64,000 nucleotides of DNA from Malacoraja senta (Eukaryota). The DNA is taken from the NCBI GenBank assembly GCA_038087875.1, contig CM075993.1:4528001-4592000 (forward strand), written 5' to 3'. Shown here piece by piece: positions 1 to 12,879 of the stretch. Made by a program: the position numbers and the translations under genes. Every line of letters begins with the position of its first letter. Positions within the stretch are counted from its first letter, which is position 1. The notes beneath the pieces were generated by a model. The model saw only the letters and a program-made list of their open reading frames with translations. It was not told the origin of the DNA and did not search any database.

Positions 1-72
1 GACACGTAAAACTGACGTGTCAGGGACAGTTTCTTCCCAGCTGTTACCAAGGTCCCTTCTTCAGACCGCAAC

Positions 73-410
73 TTCCCTCCACAGATGCTGCCTGACCCGC
101 TGTCTATCTTTATTGAGGATCACACCTTGACCTCTAGCAGCCAGTCCTGGCACAAAATGTCATCTATATATATTCCCGCCACAGATGCTGCCTGACCCAC
201 TGTCTATTTTAACGAGTGTTACACCATACCCACAACAGCCAGTCCTGGCCCAAATGTAGTCCATATATTTCCCTCCACACAGATGCTGCTTATCTTTGAC
301 AACATGTCCACCAGCAGCCAGTCCTGGCCCACAATATCTATATATATTTCCCTCCACCCGATGCTGCTGTTTAATGAGGGTCAGACCATGACCTTCAGCA
401 CAGCCCTGGA
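73..410. repeat. Degenerate tandem array, 3-4 units of ~80-100 bp
   Basis: Recurring TTCCCTCCACAGATGCTGC...CAGCCAGTCCTGGC.CA.AAT.T..TATAT. Confidence 0.7.
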
Positions 411-498
411 GTCAGGACCATTGCAATGCGCTCGGTGTGAAATAAGTTCGGGGAGCAGCGCTCTCCCGCTCGCTTCCAGGCTGCATTGTGGCCGGTGC

Positions 499-698
499 NN
501 NNNNNNNNNNNNNNNNNNNNNNNNNNNNNNNNNNNNNNNNNNNNNNNNNNNNNNNNNNNNNNNNNNNNNNNNNNNNNNNNNNNNNNNNNNNNNNNNNNNN
601 NNNNNNNNNNNNNNNNNNNNNNNNNNNNNNNNNNNNNNNNNNNNNNNNNNNNNNNNNNNNNNNNNNNNNNNNNNNNNNNNNNNNNNNNNNNNNNNNNN
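499..698. other. Assembly gap (200 N)
   Basis: Run of N; the length is probably nominal. Confidence 0.99.
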
Positions 699-1446
699 TA
701 AGCGGAAACCGGGTTAACTGGATATTTAAACAAAATGTTACATTTCTTAATCTAATAAAGAAAACGAGTTCCTGTTTTTTTTTAATCATTCCACACAACC
801 GCAACGGAAGGTCACTTGTTTATTGAAAGAGATTTTTTTTTTAAAAGGGGAGAGAAAACTAGACGGAGACACATTGGGCCCAAGTAGAAAGTCAATAATA
901 TTTCCATCGCTGCGGACTGTGTAGAGACAAGAGTGGCAGGGCCTCGGGGTGAGGGGACAAAAAACAGGAGGGGGGAGGGAGAATTTCTGTGAGTCCATCA
1001 CAGATTTCTTTACAGTCCTTGGATTGCGTGTAGTAATCCCAACACCTTGCGGCGGAGATTACACCGGTGCGTGCGGTTAGTTTAGAATGAATATCAGGGA
1101 AATGCAAGCAATCTTTAGCAGAGCTTGTTCATTTATTAGCGGGTGGAAAAGGGCATAAACAAAGATGTCGTTCTAGTTAAGACTTGAACGAAGTACTCTG
1201 CTGAAATAACACTTGATTCGTTGGGTCCCTGCTGCAAATATATATTCTGTTATTTTAAATATACGAGCAATGGTGCATCTGGGGGCAAATGAGGCAGCAA
1301 TTTAGCGAGCGGCAGAGATTCAGCCAGGAATCAGCTTTACCGGAGCTAATACAGTAACAGGAAATATCTCGGGGACTCAAAGCCCCGTGAACAGCAGTAT
1401 GTTGCAAATATGTGATATGATCAGATGGAGCCCGGTTGAAAGGCGT

Positions 1447-1616
1447 TCTCGCTCGCTCTCTCCCTCTCCCTCTCTCCCTCTCTCCTCTCCCTCTCCACCC
1501 CCCCCCTCTCTCTCGCTCTCTCCCTCTCCCTCTCTCCCTCCCTCTCTCCTCTCCCTCTCCACCCCCCCCCTCTCTCTCGCTCTCTCCCTCTCCCTCTCAC
1601 TCCCCGTCTCCTCCCT

Positions 1617-1680
<64 letters not shown>
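1447..1680. repeat. CT-rich tract ending in a (CT)n microsatellite
   Basis: Seen directly. Confidence 0.97.
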
Positions 1681-1683
<3 letters not shown>

Positions 1684-2975
1684 TTATAATCCATTAAAAA
1701 GGAGCGGCGTGCGTTTAGTGCAGGAGAGGTGGTTTTATTGGGAATAAACAGTTTATTTAGACGGGCGTCACACAGAGGAGAAAGGGGCCACGATTGTTAT
1801 CCTCCATTCAACACGCTGTATTATGTAACACCATGCTTCCCTATCAGTCTGGGGAGCGGTTATCCTGGAATAGCTGCTAAATATATTTTCAGGGGTTTTA
1901 TGAAATAATATTCAGCGCCTGTGAGTTGGGCTCTGTTTATATTGCAACAATAACAAGTCTGTCACTGCAGTGTTGCTGGTGACCTCTATGTATCTAGAAT
2001 CAAACATCTCCAATCTAACAAGTAAATCAAATACCCTATACCTGTTCAATGAATGTTATTTATCAGACTAGAGAGTGGTCCTGAACTACTATCTACCCCA
2101 TTGCTGACCCTCGGACTATCTTTGACTGGCTTTATCTTTAACAGAGGACAACAGAGGAGGATGACTGAACTTTGGTGCCTTCTCTCACAGTGGGAAACTT
2201 TGATTCCGCTGTGTGGGGATGTCTATGTTAAAGTCCATCGTGTTCTGTGCTCTTTATTATTTGTATGGCTGTATGGTGACCACACATTTCACTGTACCAA
2301 TTGGTACATGTGACAATAAATGTGTCTTGTCTTGTCACACTAGATGTTATTCCATTTATCATATATCTGTACACTGTGGATGGCTCAATTGTAATCATGT
2401 ATCGTCTTTCTGCTGACTGGTTAGCACGCAACATAAGCTTTTCCCTGTACCTCGGTACATGTGACATTAAACTCAACTCAAACTCAGATCATTAGATGAT
2501 TATATTGTAGTTTTTAAAACGTTGTATAATGCCGGAAGGGATGTTGAAAGATTATACGACAAGCCTGTGATATTGTTCAAAACATTCAATGTTTTAAATA
2601 CGCGAGGGTGAAACAGTTTAATGCACAAATATGTAATGGCAATAGTCCCATCAAGAGGAGGACGGATCTGGAGAGTTTTGATGGTTTTAGTCTTTGTGGA
2701 AGGATAGTTGTTTGGTAACAACCTTGATCGGACTTTGCTGGCTTTACCTTGCACTAAAAGCTACTCCCTTATCATGTATTTGTACGCTGTGAATGGCTCT
2801 GTTGTAATCATGTATTGTCTTTCTGCTGACTGGATAGCGCCCAACAAAAGCTTTTCACTGTACCTCAGCGCACGTGAGAATAAACTAAACAATGTCTTGA
2901 GATCTTCCCTCCCCTCTCGATGTGGAGGGGAGAGTTGTGACAAGGTTGGTCACCGTTGCCCTTGTCTTCCCACAG

Positions 2976-3143
2976 AGCCTGCAGGGGTTGACCGGGACAC
3001 CAATGGTAGCCGCCAGCCCCATCCGACACGACGGCTCCATGCAAGGCAATGCTGTGGAGGTCCAGTCGTACCAGCCACCTTGGAAAGCACTCAGTGAGTT
3101 TGCACTCCAGAGTGACCTGGATCAGCCAGCCTTCCAGCAACTG
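2976..3143 (+). CDS. ISL2: ISL2 (Islet-2 LIM homeobox) penultimate coding exon, Lhx3/4-binding region; 56 codons, phase 0/0
   Basis: Acceptor cttcccacag|AGC and donor CTG|gtgagt. Translates [56 protein letters not shown]. The residues SLQGL, KALSEF and SDLDQ are Isl2-type rather than Isl1-type (NIQGM, KVLSDF, SDIDQ). Confidence 0.95.
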
Positions 3144-4079
3144 GTGAGTGTGGGCTCGAGCTGCAAGGAGGGAGGGTAAGGCTCACTAATGCAAACCAGG
3201 TGAGCTTCTAACTACAGCTAGAGGGCTTGGTAAACATCACATATATACCATGTGTTATGTATGCATAGCATGAGTGGCAGATACAGCATAAAATATCTTC
3301 AGGATATGTTCCTGTAAGGTATGAATGCATGGTCTTGTCTATCGATCTGCATTTATAAAGCTTGTGTCAAATATTTTTGGACTTATTATTAGATGCAGGG
3401 TTCTGAAATTCTAATATATATGACTGTCAGATAAAATACAGGGCAATTTGTTTTCTGTTCTTGTAGCTTCATACTAGAGCCAACATCATCTATAACTGGG
3501 TGAAAATTTGAAGCATTAAAATGGGGGCGGCTTCACTTGACACCCAGCTTAAAACTAACACGTCTGCTTTGAGAAGGAACAATATTTCTACATAGTTGCA
3601 GTCTGTACCCCTGTCCCGTTTTATTCGAGGGCTAGTGGGAACTGGTGTAAACTGTGAGTTGCCTGATTCCCATTTCTTTTGCACAAAGGTGTGGTGGGTG
3701 GCTGGAACACACTCCAGGGGTGGTGGTTGAGCCAGGTACTGTAGTGGCATTTAATGGGCGTTCGGACAGGCACATGGATATGCAGGGACACGGAAGGATA
3801 TGGGGTCTGTGCAGGTTGATAAGAGATGGCTTCATGTTCAGCACGGACATGGTGGGCCGAAGGGCCTGTTGTAAAATGTTCTATTTTGCTTTGGTATCAA
3901 TGGAGCTATTACTTGGAGGTAACTCTGGAAAGATCGAATATTCTAGTGCAGGGTGTGGGGAAACGTGGTGTACGTTTGCAGAGGTGTCTTCCCTTGTCCC
4001 CAACACCACGCCATGTTGCCAGGCACTCGTCACAATAATCTCTAACAGTGGTTCCTTCTGACATTATCACATCATGGGC

Positions 4080-4121
<42 letters not shown>

Positions 4122-4233
4122 GGCTAATAGTATACACCTCAGCATGGACAGCCCTGGAATCATTAATTAAGAGGAGCCAGATATATAGAAGCACAAGACC
4201 ATGCCCGTGCACTCTCTATTGTCCCTGGGTGGA

Positions 4234-4700
4234 AACATAGAAAATAGGTGCAGGAGTAGGCCATTCGGCCCTTCGAGCCTGCACCGCCATTCAATATGAT
4301 CATGGCTGATCATCCAACTCAGTATCCTGTACCTGCTTTCTCTCCATACCCCCTGATCCCTTTAGCCACAAGGGCCACATCTACAGTAACTCCCTCTTAA
4401 ATATAGCCAATGAACTGGCCTCAACTACATTCTGTGGCAGAGAATTCCAGAGATTCACCACTCTCTGTGTAAAAAATGTTTTTCTCATCTCAGTCCTAAA
4501 GGATTTCCCCTTTATCCTTAAACTGTGACCCCTTGTTCTGGACTCCCCCAACATCGGGAATGATCTTCCTGCATCTAGCCTGTCCAACCCTTAAGAATTT
4601 TGTAAGTTTCTATAAGATCCCCCCTCAGTCTTCTAAATTCCAGCGAGTACAAGCCAAGCCTATCCAGTCTTTCCTCATATGAAAGTCCTGACATCCCAGG
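4234..4700 (-). mobile_element. CR1-clade LINE 3' fragment
   Basis: - strand peptides PGMSGLSYEERLDRLGLYSLEFRRLRGDLIETYKILKG and SRTRGHSLRIKG...FFTQRVVNLWNSLP; (TTTCTATG) tail. Confidence 0.88.
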
Positions 4701-5550
4701 TTCACACTGAGTGCTCATCGGATCCAAGCCAAGCTCTGCCTCATTTGGACACCATGGTGTGGTGGGGTTTGGAGAATATGCAATATAATGCCTATCATCA
4801 CTGTGCCCTCGGCCCAACTTGCCCACGCCAGCCACCATGTCCCAGCTACACTAGTCCCGCTGGCCTGCATTTGATCCATATCCCTCCAAACCAGTCCTAT
4901 CCATGTACCTGTGTAACTGACATACTAACCAGGGACACAATATGATGCATTCACTCCGATGTCTGACCAATCCCTTCCCATCAGTCTGACAGCTCAGAAA
5001 TTATGAAAAAATGATCAACTGTAAATCCTTGCCTTTTAGCCCTTATTTTCCAGCAGTCAGTAACCACAACGACCCAATTCAGCAGATGTAGACACAAAGT
5101 GTAACTCAGCAGGTGCTTCTTCAGGGTCCAGAACCAAAACGTCACTCATCCTTCTCCTCCAGAGATGCTGCCTGACTCGCTGAGTTACTCCAGCACTTTG
5201 TGTCTATCTTTGATACGAACCCTCATCTGCAGTTCTTTGTTTCTATGCATTTCAGCAAATTGTTTTGATAATTGATTGTTAGGGGATGTAGGATTAAATG
5301 GGTACTACATGGAACCTCCATATTAGAAACATTTTAAATATTTAAATATAATATCCGACAATTTATGGTCATTATCTGTCAGCAGTCCATTCACAAAAAT
5401 ATATATATATATGTGCACACAGTTAATAATTAGACATTTTATGCAGTGTATACAGAGAGGTTATGATGTATATAATTATGTTCATGCTTTTCTTTGTATC
5501 TGTAAAATATCGAAATTATTAATATGTATATGTAGTCTATTTCCAAATAT

Positions 5551-5761
5551 GTAGGAAGGAACTCCGGATGCTGGTTTACACCAAAGATAGACACAGAATG
5601 CTGGAGTAATTCAGCGGGGCAGCATCTCTCGAGAGAAGGAATGGGTAACGTTTCGGGTCTGGTCTGAAGAAGGGTCTCGACCCGAAGCAACACCCATTCC
5701 TTCTCTCCAGAGATGCTGCCTGTCCCACTGAGTTACGCCAGTATTTTGTGTCTATCTTCGG
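5551..5761. mobile_element. Palindromic (fold-back) Penelope-terminus element
   Basis: Two inverted copies of the GATAGACACAAAATGCTGGAGTAACTCAGCGGG...AGCATCTCTGGAGA repeat, flanked by duplicated TATTTCCAAATAT. Confidence 0.75.
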
Positions 5762-6129
5762 TATTTCCAAATATATTTGGAATGTGGCTTCATATAGAAC
5801 ATAGCACCGTGCAGGAACAGGCCGTTCTGCCCACAATGTCAGTGCAAAACATGATGCCAAGATAAACTAATCTTATCTGTTTACATAAGATCCATATCCC
5901 TTCATTCCTTGCTCTACGATTAGACAGAAAGCTTTAAAACATCTTAAGATGAAAGTTCAGAGAAAAGTGCAAAAAATCCCAATCATAGCATCTAACAATG
6001 TGGGTGGTGCTGCATTGGTGTCAGGTCAACTTCATGGGCTTGTAGATGGCCTTTCCATGGCTATACCATGTTCTTGTCCACCATCAGTATCAAGAATTCT
6101 ATCATTGTATATCTTCCCCACAATTCAGG

Positions 6130-6432
6130 TGTCACGGTGGCGCTGTGGTAGAGTTCTGCCTTATGGTGCCAGAGACCTGGGTTCGATCCTGACAACGGGT
6201 GCTTGTCGGTATTTACTTTGTATGTTCTCCCTGTGACCTGCGTGGGTTTTCTCTGGGATCTCCAGTTTTCTCCCACACTCCAAAAACGTAGAGGTTTGTA
6301 GGTTAATTAGCTTGGTATAATTGTAAATTGTCCCTAGTGTGTGTAGGATAGTGTTTGTGTGCAGGGATCGCTGGTCAGTACGGACTCGGTGGGCCAAAGG
6401 GCCTGTTTCCTCACTGTATCTAAACTAAATTA
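6130..6432 (+). mobile_element. tRNA-derived V-SINE (HE1-like)
   Basis: Head with box A/B (GGTTCGATCC), V-domain TGTTCTCCCTGTGACCTGCGTGGGTTTT...CCCACACTCCAAA, and a CR1-like tail GGGCC.AAGGGCCTGTTTCC...TAAACTAAA. Confidence 0.8.
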
Positions 6433-6547
6433 GACTCAACAACATTCCATTGAAAACAGTCAATGGTTGACGAGGGATCATTCATGGGAAACAAACATCG
6501 CTCTCAGCAAAATATCCCAACGTCCACATGGAAAAGCATCCTCAAGT

Positions 6548-6880
6548 TAGACAATAGACAATAGGTGCAGGAGTAGGCCATTTGGCCCTTCGAGCCAGCA
6601 CCGCCATTCAATGTGATCATGGCTGATCATCCCTAATCAGTACCCCGTTCCTGCCTTCTCCCATATCCCTGACGCCGCTATCTTTGAGCCCTATTTAGCT
6701 CTCTCTTGAAAGCATCCAGAGAACTGGCCTCCACCGCTCTCTGAGGCAGAGAATTCCACAGACTCACCACTCTCTGTGGGAAAAAGTGTTTCCCTCGTCT
6801 CCGTTCTAAATGGCTTACCCCTTATTCTTAAACTGTGGCCCCTGGTTCTGGACTCCCCAACATCGGCAACATGTTTCCAG
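6548..6880 (-). mobile_element. CR1-clade LINE 3' fragment
   Basis: GESRTRGHSLRIRGKPFRTE and a (TATTGTC)n tail. A shorter copy lies at 10512-10727. Confidence 0.82.
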
Positions 6881-7611
6881 TTCCCACTGATTAACGGGAG
6901 GGACATGGAAGAAAAGCAAATGTACCTTTAGGACTCGGACGCTGGTCTGTGAGGTTTCAGCATAGTGCTGCAAGGCAGAGAATCAGGGATTACGTACAGA
7001 TGCCAAGAATGAAGTTTAACAACCTTCATCCTCACTGTCTGCAGCATATTCTTGGCATCTCATGGCAGGAAAAGCTTCCAACTTAACAGACCTCTCAGAA
7101 ACAAAAACGTAAATCATCCCAGCATTAATAAAGCAAAAGAAATTGTGTTATGCTGCACAGGATGAAAGATGACCTCATCCCCAACTCTGATCCACACAGG
7201 GTCGTGCCCCAAGTAGGAAGACCACTTGGGTGTCCAAACCTCCAACTTACCAAAAGAGATATGAAAGCCCTAAATGTTGGTTCAAAGTTAGACACTGCAG
7301 TTGATGAGGGAAGGAATGGTGACATTGACGGAGGTTGGGATAAGCCAGCAAGATCAGTGCTTCTAATAACTCCATAGCACAAACCAGTACCATAGGCATG
7401 GCTGTAGAATGATAAATCACCCAACATAATTTGCCAAAGACATCTTTAGTTGCGGCATGTGGTAGACCCCGTAAAAGGCAAAGAAGTGGCTTATTTATCC
7501 ATCAATTGGAATTTAGTGCATGAAGCCATTTGAAGAAAGCCTAACATCCATCCACTCCAGGAGATGGCAGGGTATCAACCAACGCATCAACTCATCGGCA
7601 CAGATTAGGTT

Positions 7612-7940
7612 TTTAGTTTAGTTTAGAGATACAGCATGGAAACAGGCCCTTCGGCCCACCGTGTCCATGCCGACCATCGATCACCCGTTCACACTCGTTC
7701 TACGTTACCCACTTCCTCATCCAATCCCTTACACACTCGGGGCAATTTACAGAGGTCCAATTCACCCGCAAACCCGCAGGTCTTCGTGATGTGGGAGGAA
7801 ACCAGAGCACCTGGAGGAAACCCACGGGGTCACTCACAAGGAGAACATGCAAACTCCGCACAGGCACAGCACTCGAGGTCAGGATTGAACCTGAGTCTCT
7901 GGAGCTGTGGGGCAGCATCTCCGCCAGCTGCACCACTGTC
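7612..7940 (-). mobile_element. V-SINE (HE1-like)
   Basis: Reverse-complement copy of the 6130-6432 family. Confidence 0.75.
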
Positions 7941-8290
7941 AGATGCAATATAAATTGTAGTATATTTCTGCATACATATATTTATATACAGGATACACTG
8001 ACAACATCCCTGAACAATAGTGTAACTGGCGCTATCTATCTGTATACAATACTTGGTATGAAGAATGTGCAGTATATATTTGTATGCTATATGAACATGT
8101 GAGCTATATCCCAGTACAATATATTTCTGAATGGTGTGGATGTAAACATGTAGAAGCAAATAGACTTGCATTTACAAACTCTGTGTCATGTCAGTAGAAC
8201 CTCCTAAAGTCAAGGAATTGCTTCCAGCATTGTTGTTTTAAGAAAGTGTTTTGCTTGCCTTGGGCATTAGCCAAGACACTGGATGAAGTA

Positions 8291-8498
8291 GGATGCAGAT
8301 GCTGGTTTAAATCGAAGGTCGACACAAAAAGCTGGAGTAACTCAGCGGACAGGCAGCATCTCTGGAGAGAAGGAATGGGTGACATTTCGGGTCGAGACGT
8401 CATTGAGTCTGAAGAAGGGCCTCGACCCGAAACATCACCCATCCCTTCTCTCCAGAGATGCTGCCTGTCCCGCTGAGTTACTCCAGCTTTTTGTGCCT
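8291..8498. mobile_element. Palindromic Penelope-terminus element
   Basis: Inverted arms around CTGAAGAAGGG at 8409, flanked by duplicated ACACTGGATGAAGT. Confidence 0.78.
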
Positions 8499-9514
8499 AC
8501 ACTGGATGAAGTCCTATGTTCTTTTAGGCTCATAGAAAGTGCCTCAGAATAGGAACTCACCTAAAATATGCTGGTACGGCACCTCCACAGCACCGCACTG
8601 ATTGATCAAAGTGAACAATAGGTTAAATTCTGTAGCATCAAGGAGGCTCACATTAAACGGAGAGCGGGTAGCGATGTCGGGGCAAGAGGCACACAGGCAA
8701 GTAAATGCAGATTTTGCTGAGATACACAGCTTCTGAAAATCTTTACTGTCAACCCTTGTGTTACAACAGAGCCAGTACAGGAAATTAACCCTAAGTGAAA
8801 GCACAGATCAAGAAACAAAGATTGAGTCACGGAATAGATATTTGCTCTTACAGAATTTACGTGGGGCGAAAAGAAAAATGAAATAAGCGCAAAATGCAAA
8901 AGGAATAACAATTTTCTCCATTTTGGTCAAGGGTTTGTGTGACGGAAAATCAGGATGCGGGCTCTTTCCCAGGAACGCAACCCTTCCGTGACACATGGGT
9001 GTAGAATTAGAGAGTTACATGGCAGGGAAACAGGCCCTTCAGCCCAACTCGGCCATGCCGACCAAGACGCACATCTAAGCTAGTCCCATTTGCCCATATC
9101 CCTCTAAACCTTTCCTATCCATGCATCTGTCCAAGTATCTTTTTAAATTGTTATTGCACCTGCCTCAACTACAGTACTTCCTCTGGCAGCTCGTTCCATA
9201 TACCCATGTGTGAAAATGTTGCCCATTGGGTTCCTATCATGTGTGTACTATATCAATCCGCTGGCACTCCTCATTGCAGGCTGGTGAACAGTGTGATGTC
9301 GCTGTACATGCCTGATGGATGTACACTAATAACACACAAACATAGTTGCCCATTCAACTATCCCATGAGTTCAATGGTAAATCTTAACTTCACCAAACAA
9401 CCTCTCTGGCCCTGAAAATTAATGCTTAAAGTCATGTAGTCCCATTCCATCTGATTTTTTCATTTTAATTGGATATTTAAAAACAAAGAAATGACACCTC
9501 TGGCCGTGTTTACG

Positions 9515-9686
9515 AAGGAACTGCAGATGCTGCAAAATCTAAGGTAGACAAAAGTGCTGGAGAGACTCAGCGGGTGCAGCGACATCTATGGAGCGAAGGA
9601 AATAGGCAACGTTTCGGGACGAAACGTTGCCTATTTCCTTCGCTCCATAGATGCTGCTGCACCCGCTGAGTTTCTCCAGCACTTTT
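9515..9686. mobile_element. Palindromic Penelope-terminus element (second subfamily)
   Basis: Arms GCTGGAGAAACTCAGCGGGTGCAGC...GGAAATAGGCAACGTTTCG and its reverse complement. GACACC(T/C)CTGGCC occurs on both sides. Confidence 0.75.
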
Positions 9687-9715
9687 GACACCCCTGGCCT
9701 CTGTAAATTGCCCCT

Positions 9716-10026
9716 AGTTTAGTTTAATTTAGTTTTGAGATACAGCACGGAAAAAGGCCCTTTGGCCCACCGAGTCTACGCCGACCAGCGATCTCTGCGC
9801 ACTAACACAATCCTGCACACTCTAGGGACAGTTTACAATTTTACCAAGCCAATCTGCCTTCAAACTTGTACGTCTTTGGAGTGTGGGAGGAAACTGGAGA
9901 GCCCGGAGGAAACCCACGCAGGTCACGGGGAGAACGTACAAACCTCGTACAGACGGCGCCCGTAGTCAGGAACGAATCTGGGTCTCTGGTGCTTTAAGGC
10001 AGCAACTCTACCGCTGCGCCACCATG
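9716..10026 (-). mobile_element. V-SINE (HE1-like)
   Basis: Full-length reverse copy with a (TTTAG)n end. Confidence 0.8.
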
Positions 10027-11960
10027 TTGCCAAAGTGTATCAAAAGTATGATGACATTGAACTAGTGTGAATGGGTGATCGATGGGCAACGTGGCCAGAA
10101 GGACCTGTTTCCATACTGTATCTCAAAAATAAACAAAACTTTTTTTTAGTTTCTTTCCTACCTCCCACATTTAACTTTATATATCAAATAAACCAATCTT
10201 TCTCTCACTGTCTCCCTCTGTCTGGATGGACGTTGATTTCATTCCTGTCCGGGCTAAGTAGTCGTTTTCCAGTCTGACTGTTTATGTGGGTTCTCAGTCG
10301 TTCCTTCCAACTCCTCGGATTCCACATATTCTGTGGGGAGAGCGCTGGGCTTTGTTTTTAGAGTGAGCTGAGAGGAACTATTATGTCCATAGCAAGTGTA
10401 ATAAATAGTGTGTAAAACATGTACATTGTTTATAATCCAATTTCAATCACATCATGTAATGGAAGATATTAGTAAGAGTTGGATGAGCATAGACGGAGCC
10501 TTTCTCCATTTACAATAGACAATAGGTGCAGGAGTAGGCCATTTGGCCCTTCGAGCCAGCACCGCCATTCAATGTGATCATGGCTGATCATCCCCAATCA
10601 GTACCCCGTTCCTGCCTTCTCCCCATATCCCCTGACTCCGCTATCTTTAAGAGCCCTATCTAGCTCTCTCTTGAAAGCATCCAGAGAACCGGCCTCCACC
10701 GCCCTCATGAGGCAGAGAATTCCACACACATTTAGGATGGAGTTTTTGTTTAGTTTTTAGAGATGCAGCATAGAAACAGGCCCTTTGGCCCACCGATTTC
10801 ATGCCGACCATTAATCACCCGTTCATGGTAGTTTTCTGTTTTCCCACTATCTCATCCACTCCCCTACACATGAGGGGAAAATTTACAGTGGCCAATTAAC
10901 CTACAAACCCGCACGTCTTTAAGATGTGGGGGGGGGGGAAACTGTTGAGTGCTGACCATACAATAACGGATGCCTTGCACCATTATAAAGAGCCAAAGAT
11001 TTTATTTACATGACTATACACTTGCACGTTCTACTTACACTAAAGGAATCCAGTAAGCAGTGATAACTGAAAAGCTAGTGGGCGAAACTATGACTCATGA
11101 AATGTGTGACACTAATCTACAGAAACTGGAGAACCCGGAGAAAACCCAAGTGGTCACAGGGAGAACATGCAAACTCCACACATATGTCAGGATCGAACCC
11201 GGGTCTCTGGCGCTGTGAGGCAGCGTCACTGTGCTGAGTTTAGACGCAGGCTTTCTTCATTGTAGCGGAGTGTGCCGTTCCCCCGACATCCTTGCCCCAG
11301 ATTCTCCCTTTAGTGTTTGAGATCAAGTGAAGCAGTCAGAATATGGAAAATAAAAATATCTAAACGTGGCCACGAGGAGATGATAAATCTAGTTGGGGAA
11401 TCAGGGGCGAGAGGCTTCACCTCAAGGAGACACAGTCTCAGGTGAAAGCTACTGCACATGCCTTGACTTTGGAGATTTGCCACGAGATATTTAATTAAGG
11501 ATCCAGTACCAAAGCCTATTAACTATTTATCCATTCTTAGACATGGCTTTCTTTATACTTAACATTGAAGGAGGAGGCGATTAGAATAAACTTTAAATAA
11601 TACATTTAGTAGCTTAGCTAATGCGGAGTTCTTGAGTATTTCCCACCTCTCTGTGAGTATTTGTTTTATTTAATCAAGAGGCTGCAATTGACTTTGAATA
11701 CGTAACAGATGATGCAGGCATGGTACCAGTGTTTATTGTGTTCACTCCAGGTGTGCCAGCAGGTTTTACTATCTGACTTAAAGCGTGTTAAGTGTATAAT
11801 TTGTGAATCCGAATGACTCTCATAAAACAAGGGGAAGTGATCAGTTAACAGGGATTTTAATATTCCATGGCTTCTTTGTTGAATTACCTGTGAACACTCT
11901 GGATTTTAACAGCGCCTGCACGCTTTTTAGGATTTACAAGCCACATGCTCCAAAAATACC

Positions 11961-12862
11961 AGGGTGATCTTATAGAGTATATATAAGATCATGAGGGAAT
12001 AGATAGGGTGAATGCACAGTTTATATTTAAGAAGGAACTGCAGATGCTGGAAAATCGAAGGTTGACAAAAATGCTGGAGGAACTCAGCGGGTGAGGCAGC
12101 ATCTATGGAGCAAAGGAATAGGTGACGTTTCGGGTCGAGACCCTTCTTCAGAATGCACAGAGTCTTTTTCCCAGAGTTGGGGAATCAAGAACCAGAAGAC
12201 CTGGGTTTAAGGCGAGGGGGGGGGGGGGGAGATTTCATAGGAACTTGAGGGGCAACTTTTTCACTCAGAGTGTGGTGGTGGGTGTATGGAACGAGCTGCC
12301 AGAGGAGGACACAGTGCTGGAGAAGCTGGATGGGTCAGGCAGCAGGAAGGTCACATCCTGATACATAGCCTATCCATGTTCTCCTGAGATGCTGCTTGAC
12401 CTGCTGAGTTACTCCAGCACATTTGTCAGCTCGCATCTCAGTTCCTTGGGGGCACCACTGGAGAGAAGGAATGGGTGACGTTTCGGGTCAAGACCCTTCT
12501 TCAGCTTTTTGTATCGATCTTCGGTTTAAACCAGCACCTGCAGTTCCTTCCTACACATCTTAGTTCCTTGTCTCTATATACCAGAGGAGGTAGTTGAGGC
12601 AGGGACCATAACAACATTGAAACGATGTTTGGACAGGTACATGGATAGGACAGGTTTAGAGGGAATGTGTAGGGAGGAACTGCAGATGCTGGTTTACACC
12701 GAAGACAGACACAAAATGCTGGAGTAACTCAGCGGGACAGGCATCATCTCTGGAGGGAAGGAATGGGTGAATTTTCGGGTCGAGGGATATGGGCCAGTGG
12801 GACTCATTTGGATGGGACGAGTTGAGGCGAAGAGCGATTCTCTGCGGTCTGACTCTGTGACT
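11961..12862 (+). mobile_element. CR1 3' fragment interrupted by at least three nested Penelope-terminus insertions
   Basis: CR1 pieces rejoin across duplicated AATGCACAG (12011/12152), CCAGAGGAG (12299/12581) and GAGGGA (12659/12782). Confidence 0.75.
12124..12151 (-). ncRNA. Minimal hammerhead ribozyme motif in a Penelope-like terminus
   Basis: Same 28-mer. Another copy with a loop variant lies at 12477-12504. Confidence 0.68.
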
Positions 12863-12879
12863 TTGCGGTTTTCCCGCAG

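Noticed and set aside
283..826. ORFs spanning 499-698
   Set aside because: They are open only because they cross the N gap.
2976..3143. Assignment to ISL1 rather than ISL2
   Set aside because: Diagnostic residues and the C-terminus (SFSESGSL, MVPSPVET) are Isl2-type, the neighbour is SCAPER, and the codon that gives the Isl1-beta internal acceptor is CAA here rather than CAG.
6130..6200. tRNA gene (box A/box B, GGTTCGATCC)
   Set aside because: It is the head of a multi-copy SINE that continues into a V-domain and LINE-like tail.
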